A stretch of 40,096 nucleotides of DNA from an uncultured Eggerthellaceae bacterium (GTDB lineage Bacteria > Actinomycetota > Coriobacteriia > Coriobacteriales > Eggerthellaceae). Shown here in pieces: positions 8,613-16,313 of this stretch. Within the stretch, counting starts at the first letter, position 1; every line of letters starts with the position of its first letter. The notes beneath the pieces are model-generated. The model was not told the DNA's origin. It saw only the letters and a program-made list of their open reading frames with translations, and searched no databases. The position numbers were made by a program, and so were the translations under genes. The stretch is from NCBI GenBank assembly GCA_965147515.1, contig CBCTKQ010000001.1, positions 1 through 40,096 of the forward strand, in the 5' to 3' direction.

Positions 8613-9953
8613 ATGGGTGCCGTCCGAAGACATTACGAGCGGGTCATAGTTGCCTGCGCCTTCCTGCTGTTGTTCGTCAACGTGGGCTTCACCTCCACGG
8701 CCTTCAGCGTGTACCAGCCCTACCTGGTGGAGCTTCCCGGCGTGGGGAACGTTGGCGGCTCGTTCGTCGTGACAATCCGAACCTGCGTGGCGTTCGTGTG
8801 CATGTTCTTCACGGGCGCGGTGTTCAGGCGGTTGAACCCCCGCATCGGGTTCTTCGCCGCCACCGCCTGCACTGTGCTGTCGTTCTTCGTGTTCTCCAGC
8901 GTGCAGAACATGGCGGGCCTCTGTGTCGCCAGCGTGCTAGCGGGCGTGGGCTACGGGTTCGGCGGCATGGTGGCATCGACGTACCTCATAGGGAACTGGT
9001 TCAAGGGAAAGGTCGGCTCGGTGTCGGGCATCGTCACCATGGGAAGCGGCGTGGCGGCGGTGGTCGTGCCCGTGCTGGCCGGATGGGTGATAGAGGCGTC
9101 GTCGCTTTCCGCGGCGTTCATGATAGAGGGCATGGTCTCGCTGGCCATAGCGCTGGTCGTGCTGTACTTCGTTCGCATGACGCCCTACGAGATGGGGCTC
9201 GAACCCATCGGGGTTGCGCCGGACGGTGGCGCATCAGCGGAAGGGGAGGGAAGCGGCCCCAAGGCCTCCGCCACCGAAGGGAGGCCAAAGAGCACGAAGG
9301 CATCGGGGAGCCCCAGGCACCCGAAGCATCCCAAGGTGCGCCTTGCCACCGTGCCGCTTCCCAAGGGCGCGTACGTTGCAATGATGTTCGCCATAGTGCT
9401 GCTCGGCGGCGTGTCGGTGGCAGGCTACAACTACTTCGGCATACTGCTCACGTCCAACGGCGTAGACCCGGTCGTCGCGGCGGCGGTGATATCGGTCGCC
9501 GGCGTGTTCCTCACGTTGTCGAAGTTCGCCGTGGGGAAGGTTTGCGACAGGTTCGGGACCTTCGCGGGCTCGCTCGTGTTCTTCATGCTGCTGCTTTCGG
9601 CCATGGTGCTGTGCAGCCTGATCGGGCGCGGGGGAGTGTCCGAGGCGGCGTTCGCGGCGGTAATCCTGGGAATAGGGATGCCGCTTGGCACCACGGGGGT
9701 GTCGCTCTGGTCGCTGGAGCTCAGCTCGCCAGACCAGATGCTTAAGACCATCAGGCACTTCCAGCTGGCCTACGCGTTCGGCGGGTTCGTGTTCAACATG
9801 ATGCCAGGCGTGCTGGCCCAGGCCACGGGCAGCTACAACAGCACCTACGACGTGCTTTCCGTCATGACGCTCGCATGCGCAGTGATAGTGCTTTGGGTGT
9901 ACGCGCACCACATCCTGCGCGCCCGCAGGGAATACGACAGAAGCCACATTTGA
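8613..9953 (+). CDS. MFS transporter with a long basic central loop
   Basis: 12-TM pattern. The start is taken at ATG 8613 (the track start is GTG 8553). The central loop is rich in P/K/G/S. Confidence 0.7.
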   Translation: MGAVRRHYERVIVACAFLLLFVNVGFTSTAFSVYQPYLVELPGVGNVGGSFVVTIRTCVAFVCMFFTGAVFRRLNPRIGFFAATACTVLSFFVFSSVQNMAGLCVASVLAGVGYGFGGMVASTYLIGNWFKGKVGSVSGIVTMGSGVAAVVVPVLAGWVIEASSLSAAFMIEGMVSLAIALVVLYFVRMTPYEMGLEPIGVAPDGGASAEGEGSGPKASATEGRPKSTKASGSPRHPKHPKVRLATVPLPKGAYVAMMFAIVLLGGVSVAGYNYFGILLTSNGVDPVVAAAVISVAGVFLTLSKFAVGKVCDRFGTFAGSLVFFMLLLSAMVLCSLIGRGGVSEAAFAAVILGIGMPLGTTGVSLWSLELSSPDQMLKTIRHFQLAYAFGGFVFNMMPGVLAQATGSYNSTYDVLSVMTLACAVIVLWVYAHHILRARREYDRSHI

Positions 9954-9989
9954 TTTGCGCCACGTTCGGCGGCTATGATAGGATGATTC

Positions 9990-10014
9990 CTGCTGCGAAC
10001 AGCAGCACCTTTTT
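9990..10014 (+). terminator. putative intrinsic terminator after the MFS gene
   Basis: CTGCTG-CGAA-CAGCAG hairpin followed by CACC and TTTTT. Confidence 0.45.
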
Positions 10015-10020
10015 GCGAGT

Positions 10021-10097
<77 letters not shown>

Positions 10098-10107
10098 CGA
10101 GAAACAC

Positions 10108-10142
10108 GAGGCCAGAGGGCATATCCTCTGGCCTCTTTTGTT
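10108..10142 (+). terminator. intrinsic terminator after tRNA-Pro
   Basis: 11-bp stem GAGGCCAGAGG/CCTCTGGCCTC, 6-nt loop, then TTTTGTT. Confidence 0.75.
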
Positions 10143-10199
10143 GGGTGGTGCCAAAATGGTGCACAGGAGCACGCCTTGTGGCCGCGAAGCCTCTTCCAT

Positions 10200-10236
10200 G
10201 GCCGCACGATGCCCAATGCATGCGGCCTGTTTTTTT
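10200..10236 (+). terminator. second terminator-like hairpin with T7 run
   Basis: GGCCGCA ... TGCGGCC stem with a 14-nt loop, followed by TG and TTTTTTT. Confidence 0.45.
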
Positions 10237-10310
10237 GTGCGTAGCGGGCAAGCGCAGCCATGTTGTGATACCCTTGTGCGCGTAAATTTCTACGAAAGTT
10301 GGTGTGTCAG

Positions 10311-10598
10311 ATGAAAATTCTCGGACTGGGCGTTCCCGAGCTCCTTATCATCCTCGTAGTGGTGCTGCTCATATTCGGCCCGAAGAACCTTCCCAAGCTG
10401 GGCTCCGCCCTGGGAAAGACAGTCAAGGGTCTGCGCGACGGCATGGACGCCGGCAAGAAGGAAGTGGCCGAGTCCTCAGACGACGAGGAGACGGTCGAGA
10501 CGGTGGTCGAGGAAGCTCCGGCCGAACCCGAGAAGGCGGCCTCCGAGCAGCCGAAGAAGACGGTCAAGAAGGTCGTGGTGAAGAAGAAGTCGGAGTAG
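10311..10598 (+). CDS. tatA: twin-arginine translocase subunit TatA/E
   Basis: MKILGLGVPELLIILVVVLLIFGPKNLPKLG is the canonical TatA N-terminus. The tail is acidic then basic. Confidence 0.9.
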   Translation: MKILGLGVPELLIILVVVLLIFGPKNLPKLGSALGKTVKGLRDGMDAGKKEVAESSDDEETVETVVEEAPAEPEKAASEQPKKTVKKVVVKKKSE

Positions 10599-10708
10599 CT
10601 TCTCCGATGTCGCCCTGCCCGAAAGGGCAGCGAGGCGCAAGCAACGGACGGTACCTGGGCACGCCTGCAGACGGGCGTGTCCGTGCGTTAGAAGGGAACT
10701 AGGCATAA

Positions 10709-11179
10709 ATGGCAGACAGCAACTACATCCTCACCCCTGAAGGCCGCCAGAACCTGGAAGAGGAGCTGCACTATCTCGAGACTGAAAAGCGCGCCGAGAT
10801 AGGCGAGCGCATCCGCGTCGCCCGCGAGTTCGGCGACATCTCCGAGAACTCCGAATACGACGACGCCAAGAACGAGCAGGCCATGATGGAGGGCCGCATC
10901 GCCGAGATAAACCACATCCTCAGCGAGGCCACCGTCGTCAAGACCCCGAAGCGCTCGTCGAAGGTCAACGTCGGGTCCACGGTCACCGTGAAGATGGGCG
11001 GCAAGGAACGCGTGTTGACCATCGTGGGCGGCGCCGAAAGCGACGTAGCCGCCGGCAAGGTGTCGAACGAGTCCCCCGTGGGCGCTGCGCTGCTGGGCTG
11101 CAAGAAGGGCGACAAGACCACGGCTATCGGCCCCACCGGGCGCGAGATCCCGCTTGAGGTTCTCAAGATCGAACACTAA
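10709..11179 (+). CDS. greA: transcription elongation factor GreA
   Basis: 156 aa. The coiled-coil N-domain carries FGDISENSEYDDAK. The C-terminal domain carries SxxSPVGxALLGxKKGD. Confidence 0.92.
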   Translation: MADSNYILTPEGRQNLEEELHYLETEKRAEIGERIRVAREFGDISENSEYDDAKNEQAMMEGRIAEINHILSEATVVKTPKRSSKVNVGSTVTVKMGGKERVLTIVGGAESDVAAGKVSNESPVGAALLGCKKGDKTTAIGPTGREIPLEVLKIEH

Positions 11180-11209
11180 TCCCGCAATGTCGAATAGGCT
11201 TGACGGAGA

Positions 11210-11236
11210 GGGCGGGCTTTCAGGTCCGCCCGTTTT
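11210..11236 (+). terminator. putative intrinsic terminator after greA
   Basis: GGGCGG ... CCGCCC stem followed by GTTTTG. Confidence 0.5.
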
Positions 11237-11249
11237 GCAAGGAGAGGCA

Positions 11250-12749
11250 ATGGCTGAAGAAATCGTTGAAACGCTCGAGGTAGAGGACGACCCCATCGAG
11301 GTGCGCAAGGCCAAGCGCGCGGCGCTTCTCGAGGCCGGGCGCGACCCTTACGGGCATGCGTTCAAGCGCAGCGACTTCGTGGCCGACCTCGAAGCCGAAT
11401 ATGGCTCGCTCGAAGACGGCGAGACCACCGAGGACGAGGTCAGCCTCGCCGGACGCATAATGGCGCGCCGCGTGCAGGGAAAGATCGCCTTCCTCGAGCT
11501 TATGGACCCGACCGGCACCATCCAGCTGTTCTGCCGCATCAACGCCTTGGGCGAGGAAGCCTTCGACGAGATCAAGGACATCGACGTGGGCGACTGGCTT
11601 GGCGTGCACGGCGCCGTCATGCGCACGCGCCGCGGCCAGCTTTCCGTGGCCGTCGACGCCTTCGAGCTGCTGTCGAAGTCGATCCGCCCGCTGCCCGAGA
11701 AGTTCCACGGGCTGACCGACAAGGAGACGCGCTACCGCCAGCGCTACGTGGACATGGTGATGAACCCCGAGGTCCGCGAAGTGTTCCTGAAGCGCTCCGC
11801 CATAGTGTCGGCCATCCGCGCCTACATGGAGGAGCAGGGCTTCATGGAGGTCGAGACGCCGTTCCTCAACGGCATCCTGGGCGGCGCCAACGCGAAGCCG
11901 TTCGTCACGCACTTCAACGCGCTGGACCGCGACTACTACCTGCGCATCGCCACCGAGCTTCCGCTTAAGCGCCTGCTGGTGGGCGGGTTCGAGAAGGTGT
12001 TCGAGCTGGGGCGCCAGTTCCGCAACGAAGGAATGGACCACACGCACAACCCCGAGTTCACCACCATGGAGGCCTACGAGGCGTTCAGCGACCTCGAAGG
12101 CATGATGCGCCTGACGCGCGGGTGCTTCCAGGCGGCCGCGCAGGCAGCATGTGGAACGCTGCAGGTGGAATACCAGGGCAACGTCATCGACCTGTCGGGC
12201 GACTGGCGCGTGGCTTCCATGATCGAATTGGCAACCGAGGGCGCGGGCGAACCCATCGACTTCGGGCGCACCCGCGACGAGCTTGTGGCAATCCTCGAGA
12301 AGCACGGCGGCCATGCCGACGACGCCTGGGGGAAGGGCAAGCTGATAGCCGAGGTGTTCGAGGCCGTGGCGGAAGAGAAGCTGGTGCAGCCCACGTTCGT
12401 GGTGGACCACCCGCTCGAGGTCAGCCCCCTGGCCAAGAAGAAGGTCGACAACCCCGAACTCACCGAGCGATTCGAACTGTTCATCTGCGGGCACGAGTAC
12501 GCCAACGCCTTCACCGAGCTGAACGACCCCATAGACCAGGCCGAGCGCTTCATGGCGCAGGTGGCCGCCAAGGACATGGGGGACGACGAGGCCATGGGCT
12601 ACGACGCCGACTACATCCGCGCGCTGGAGTACGGCATGCCGCCGGCGGGCGGCGTGGGCATCGGCATCGACCGCATGGTCATGCTGCTCACCGGCAGCGA
12701 GTCCATACGCGACGTGCTGCTGTTCCCGCACATGAGAGACGAGGCATAG
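11250..12749 (+). CDS. lysS: lysine--tRNA ligase, class II
   Basis: ATG at 11250 follows AGGAGA. OB-fold N-domain (GRIMxxRxxGKxxFxxLxD), class II motifs (FRNEGxDxTHNPEFT, GxGIGIDRxxMLLT) and a C-terminal FPHMRDEA. Confidence 0.93.
   Translation: MAEEIVETLEVEDDPIEVRKAKRAALLEAGRDPYGHAFKRSDFVADLEAEYGSLEDGETTEDEVSLAGRIMARRVQGKIAFLELMDPTGTIQLFCRINALGEEAFDEIKDIDVGDWLGVHGAVMRTRRGQLSVAVDAFELLSKSIRPLPEKFHGLTDKETRYRQRYVDMVMNPEVREVFLKRSAIVSAIRAYMEEQGFMEVETPFLNGILGGANAKPFVTHFNALDRDYYLRIATELPLKRLLVGGFEKVFELGRQFRNEGMDHTHNPEFTTMEAYEAFSDLEGMMRLTRGCFQAAAQAACGTLQVEYQGNVIDLSGDWRVASMIELATEGAGEPIDFGRTRDELVAILEKHGGHADDAWGKGKLIAEVFEAVAEEKLVQPTFVVDHPLEVSPLAKKKVDNPELTERFELFICGHEYANAFTELNDPIDQAERFMAQVAAKDMGDDEAMGYDADYIRALEYGMPPAGGVGIGIDRMVMLLTGSESIRDVLLFPHMRDEA
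12711..12749 (+). repeat. att core copy A (functional 3' end of lysS)
   Basis: The 39 nt GACGTGCTGCTGTTCCCGCACATGAGAGACGAGGCATAG recur with 29/39 identity at 25417-25455. The terminal 21 nt recur with 17/21 identity at 30671-30691. Confidence 0.7.
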
Positions 12750-12797
12750 AAATATAGCCTCTGAACTGGGAACTTATTTTCCGAAAAGTGCCAAAAC

Positions 12798-12828
12798 CTT
12801 ACGGCTTACGGCATATTTACGGCAAAAG
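12798..12828 (+). repeat. TTACGG direct-repeat array (candidate integrase arm sites), left arm of island 1
   Basis: Sequence CTTACGG CTTACGG CATAT TTACGG CAAAAG. An inverted CCTTACG lies at 12841-12847. The array is homologous to 25503-25523. Confidence 0.6.
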
Positions 12829-12907
12829 TCTTCAGAGATGCGTAAGGCTTTCGTAACGCACTGATACATAGTCGGCCGCGACCGACAGGATGGGAGACCG
12901 TCTTTAC

Positions 12908-12941
12908 AAGACCCGTTGAGGCAACTCGGCGGGTCTTTTTT
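12908..12941 (+). terminator. strong intrinsic terminator (likely the effective lysS terminator, element-borne)
   Basis: 13-bp stem AAGACCCGTTGAG / CTCGGCGGGTCTT (2 G-U pairs), GCAA tetraloop, then T6. Confidence 0.8.
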
Positions 12942-12973
12942 GTCTCAGATCGAAATGGAAAGGAGCAGTCCTG

Positions 12974-13485
12974 ATGAAACCGAGGGTGATAGCCGTCGCC
13001 AACCAAAAGGGCGGCGTGGGCAAGACGACCACCGTGGCGAACCTCGGGGCCGCGCTCGCGAGTCGTGGCGAGAGGGTCTGCTGGTGGATGCCGATCCGCA
13101 AGGGAGCCTCACCTCGTCGCTGGGGTGGAAGAACCCCGACGAGCTGGAGGTGACGCTGGCTACCCATTTGGAAGCCGCGGCCCGCGATGTGGAGCTGCCG
13201 GTGCGAGAGGGTCTGCTGAGCCACAAAGAGGGTTTCGACCTCATGCCTGCCAACATCGAGCTAGCGGCGGTCGATGTGGAGCTCGTCACGGCGATGTGCC
13301 GCGAGGCGGCCATGGGAGAGTGGCTTTCTGGATTGAGGGACGACTACGACCGCATCCTCGTCGACTGCATGCCCTCCCTCGGGATGCTCACCGTGAACGC
13401 CTTGGCCGCAGCCGACAGCGTGCTCATTCCCGGGCAGGCGCAGTACCTGCCCGCCAAGGGGATGGGGCTTTTGATTGAGGTTTGA
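12974..13485 (+). pseudogene. parA: ParA/Soj-family ATPase, frameshifted (near 13077) and C-terminally truncated
   Basis: [35 protein letters not shown] (deviant Walker A) is in frame 2. The continuation [16 protein letters not shown]... is in frame 1. The reading frame ends at GLLIEV, about 80 aa short of a normal ParA. Confidence 0.8.
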
Positions 13486-13509
13486 CGATATAGGGCGCTC
13501 TTGTATAAT
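13482..13509 (+). promoter_or_regulatory. near-consensus sigma-70-type promoter at the parA truncation junction
   Basis: TTGACG (13482-13487), a 16-nt spacer, then TATAAT (13504-13509). The TGA stop of the parA remnant lies inside the -35 box. Confidence 0.55.
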
Positions 13510-13559
13510 TGCCTAGTTAAAATCTCCGTGGGCTTTTCCGGGCTTATGTCATCTTTTTA

Positions 13560-13592
13560 CCACGGCCTCATGTAAGGGGTCGTGGTTTTTTA
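13560..13592 (+). terminator. intrinsic terminator about 50 nt downstream of the junction promoter
   Basis: CCACGGCC / GGGTCGTGG stem followed by TTTTTTATT. Confidence 0.65.
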
Positions 13593-13639
13593 TTCAAGTT
13601 GAGCCGACGATCCGCGATAAAAAGAAAGGATTATATCGG

Positions 13640-14575
13640 ATGTTGGCAAAAACAAAGACGCAGATGGTATCCGCACTCGAAGTTTTCGCTGGCGGCGCTT
13701 GCTACGGGGCTAACGCGACGATGTATAAGCTTGCATATGCCGATGGCTTCTCGTGGCCGCAGGTTGTTGGATGCCAAATGTGGTTTGCGGTGGCTCTCTT
13801 CGGAGTTGTCGTGGTCTTTTCCTGCTTCCTGGGAAGAAACTGGGTTTCCTTAGATAAAGTCGCAGTATTGAAACTTATGGGACTCGGTGCTCTTAGCTGC
13901 ATAACTGCTATTCTCTATTGCTTTGCTATGTCACGTCTTCCTGTTGCAGTTGCTTTGACGCTTCTTTTCCAATTCACTTGGATAGGGCTAGTCATTCAAA
14001 TTATCATAACGCGCCGCCTTCCTAGGCCAACGGAGATTATTTCATGTGTCATTATCCTGGGCGGAACAGTATTGGCGAGCAATGTATATAAGGTTGGCTT
14101 GTCCGGCTTTGACCCAATCGGCCTTGTTTGTGGATTCATGTCGGCGGTGAGTTGCGCTCTGTTCGTTACCTTGTCTGGTCGAGTGCAGGCCCCCTGTTCT
14201 TCGGCGCAAAGAGGCTTTATCGTATGCTTGGGTTCTGGGGTCGCATCTTTATTCGTTTGCCCCGACTTTTTGATATCCGGTGTCATTTTTGAAGGAATCG
14301 CGCCCTACGGCTTTGTCGTCGGACTGTTCGGTATGTTATTGCCGGTGTTGCTGTTTGGGTTAGGAACTCCTAATCTGCCTGCTGGCGTTTCGACCGTACT
14401 TGCAGCGTCGGAGCTCCCTGCGGGCTTGATAGTATCCGTGGTGATGTTGGGAGACGAGATAGGCGTAATGCAATGGGCTGGTGTTATAGCAATACTTTTC
14501 GGCGTTATCGTGTCGCAATTGAGATTCGGCGGCATAGCAGCTCGTGTGGACAAAGATGCACCCTGCTATCAGTGA
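13640..14575 (+). CDS. DMT-superfamily (EamA-like) transporter
   Basis: 311 aa, 10 predicted TM in a two-repeat architecture, AAAGGA RBS. It is a paralog of the CDS at 29701-30645. Confidence 0.75.
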   Translation: MLAKTKTQMVSALEVFAGGACYGANATMYKLAYADGFSWPQVVGCQMWFAVALFGVVVVFSCFLGRNWVSLDKVAVLKLMGLGALSCITAILYCFAMSRLPVAVALTLLFQFTWIGLVIQIIITRRLPRPTEIISCVIILGGTVLASNVYKVGLSGFDPIGLVCGFMSAVSCALFVTLSGRVQAPCSSAQRGFIVCLGSGVASLFVCPDFLISGVIFEGIAPYGFVVGLFGMLLPVLLFGLGTPNLPAGVSTVLAASELPAGLIVSVVMLGDEIGVMQWAGVIAILFGVIVSQLRFGGIAARVDKDAPCYQ

Positions 14576-14612
14576 CCATCTTGCGCGGCGAAACAAACGA
14601 TGAGGTGTGAAC

Positions 14613-16100
14613 TCATTGCGTCTCGTCGCGCAGGTCAGCCGTTCTTTGCTCTCCGTATAACTCAAATAAATCGAACATTTCCATTTTCGAATGAATGCCC
14701 ATCTTACGATATATGTTGTAAATGTGCGTCTTAACTGTTCCAGGAGCAACGTAGAGCTTCTCTGATATATATGATGCGGTCATACCGCTTAGCAAAAGCG
14801 GTAAGACCTCCATTTCGCGATTGGACAAACCCCATTCCCCTCCGAATGCCTCTATCATCTCGCTTTTGATTGCGCTCGCTTCTTCCAGTACATTCACGCT
14901 GGATGGACGGTCGCCCGTCTGCACTTCCTCGATGCTTTTCCTTTCGTCGGTCGCAGATCGAGCGGCAAATACCTCCTTCTCCGTAAAGACCAGGGTTGAA
15001 GCAACGACAATGAGCGGAACGCTGATCGCAACATCGAAGAGAAGGGGATCTACGACAGGAGACATAAGGTGCGTAAACAATCCCAACAGCCATCCGCATA
15101 GCATGCCCAGCGTTATCGCGGCACGCGCAACACCGAGAACGCTGACGGCCGATAGCCCCTGTAGCTTGACCTTGTTGCACAAATCGTTCAGGGCAAGTAT
15201 CTCAAACACAAGGTATGCAGATATGACCATAAAGCAGGCGAACGTCGTTGAAGATGCATTACCGAAAAGCAATGCAGCGACCCCGATGCTCATCGCGGAT
15301 GGAACAAGGCGATAGAGCTGATAGACTGACTGAATGTCCTTGAGGCGGACAAAGGCTATCGCAAGTATCACGCCAACGACAAGACAGCACGGGGCTTCAA
15401 CAAAGGGCCCAAGGAGATAGCTTTCAATGCCGTTCGAGACTATCGTGCTCGTCAGCATGCCGAATACGAGCGCGTACAGGCAAAGAGCGACGCTTATCCT
15501 GCCGATATACGGGAACAGCCTGAATGGAAACGGGTCCTTTGAGACATACTCGAAGATGTTGCTGGATGTATTGACTCGGTAATGCTTATACGAGAGATAG
15601 AAGGTTGCGCAAGAGAAAACCGGCAATACGAGGGCGCATCCGAGAGCCAGCGGACGGGTAAGCGCGCTGACGAAGATGCTCACCGCCGCACCGAACGCAT
15701 AAGACGATGCAACGTACAGAGCAACCTCCCCAATCCTGTTGTTGCCGAAAAAGCACATCCAGAGAATGAACATGCATGCATCAGTTGCACCCAGTAAAGC
15801 CGCAGTGACGAGCGACAGCCCCTGTATTCCCGAGATCGCCAATGCTGAGGACAGCAAGCCACATGCAAGCGACATGGTGAACAAGGTTTTCCTGATAAAG
15901 CCGTTCGTCATCCGTTTGGCGCCCAAGAGTATGACGGCTATGAAGACGAGGCGAAAGAAGAGTTCGGTGGACTCGAAGGACAAACCCATCACAGTCTCTT
16001 GCTCTAGAAGCAAGGATGGGCTGACGCATACCAAAAACAGCCATGCCCAATAAAAACCGAACCCCAACATTCTTAGGGGAAACAAATCATGTTTATTCAT
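14613..16100 (-). CDS. membrane-embedded LuxR-family transcriptional regulator (polytopic N-terminal sensor plus C-terminal GerE/LuxR HTH)
   Basis: 495 aa. About 380 aa carry 10-12 hydrophobic helices. The C-terminus has LSNREMEVLPLLLSGMTASYISEKLYVAPGTVKTHIYNIYRKMG. It is divergent from the molybdoenzyme operon. Confidence 0.85.
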   Translation of the reverse strand: MNKHDLFPLRMLGFGFYWAWLFLVCVSPSLLLEQETVMGLSFESTELFFRLVFIAVILLGAKRMTNGFIRKTLFTMSLACGLLSSALAISGIQGLSLVTAALLGATDACMFILWMCFFGNNRIGEVALYVASSYAFGAAVSIFVSALTRPLALGCALVLPVFSCATFYLSYKHYRVNTSSNIFEYVSKDPFPFRLFPYIGRISVALCLYALVFGMLTSTIVSNGIESYLLGPFVEAPCCLVVGVILAIAFVRLKDIQSVYQLYRLVPSAMSIGVAALLFGNASSTTFACFMVISAYLVFEILALNDLCNKVKLQGLSAVSVLGVARAAITLGMLCGWLLGLFTHLMSPVVDPLLFDVAISVPLIVVASTLVFTEKEVFAARSATDERKSIEEVQTGDRPSSVNVLEEASAIKSEMIEAFGGEWGLSNREMEVLPLLLSGMTASYISEKLYVAPGTVKTHIYNIYRKMGIHSKMEMFDLFELYGEQRTADLRDETQ

Positions 16101-16313
16101 AACCAGTCCTCATACGAGTAAAACAATGTGTTTAATACTATCTACCGAATGCGTATTTCTGCATAAACCATTAGTCATAAATCCTCAATCTACCTCAAAG
16201 TTTATATCCTACGGCCTCCTCAAAGGATAGCTTTTCCTCTTAAGGTCGGTATAGGTGTGTCCGCCATGATGCACCTATCCGGACAATCCCACAATGAGAG
16301 GAGAGATAAGCTT

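Noticed and set aside
10143-10298. A possible small gene or sRNA between tRNA-Pro and tatA (the 95-aa ORF at 10027-10314 overlaps the tRNA).
   Set aside because: The ORF overlaps the tRNA, is Cys/Arg-rich and has no RBS. Only the terminator-like hairpin at 10200-10236 is recorded. There is no promoter evidence for an sRNA.
16257-16313. Upstream GTG start of the transhydroxylase-like gene, giving an N-terminus with ERRDKL as a possible twin-arginine signal.
   Set aside because: The RR is not followed by a hydrophobic h-region. The ATG at 16314 has a proper RBS and matches the N-terminus of cytoplasmic transhydroxylase. No Tat signal is inferred for either molybdoenzyme.
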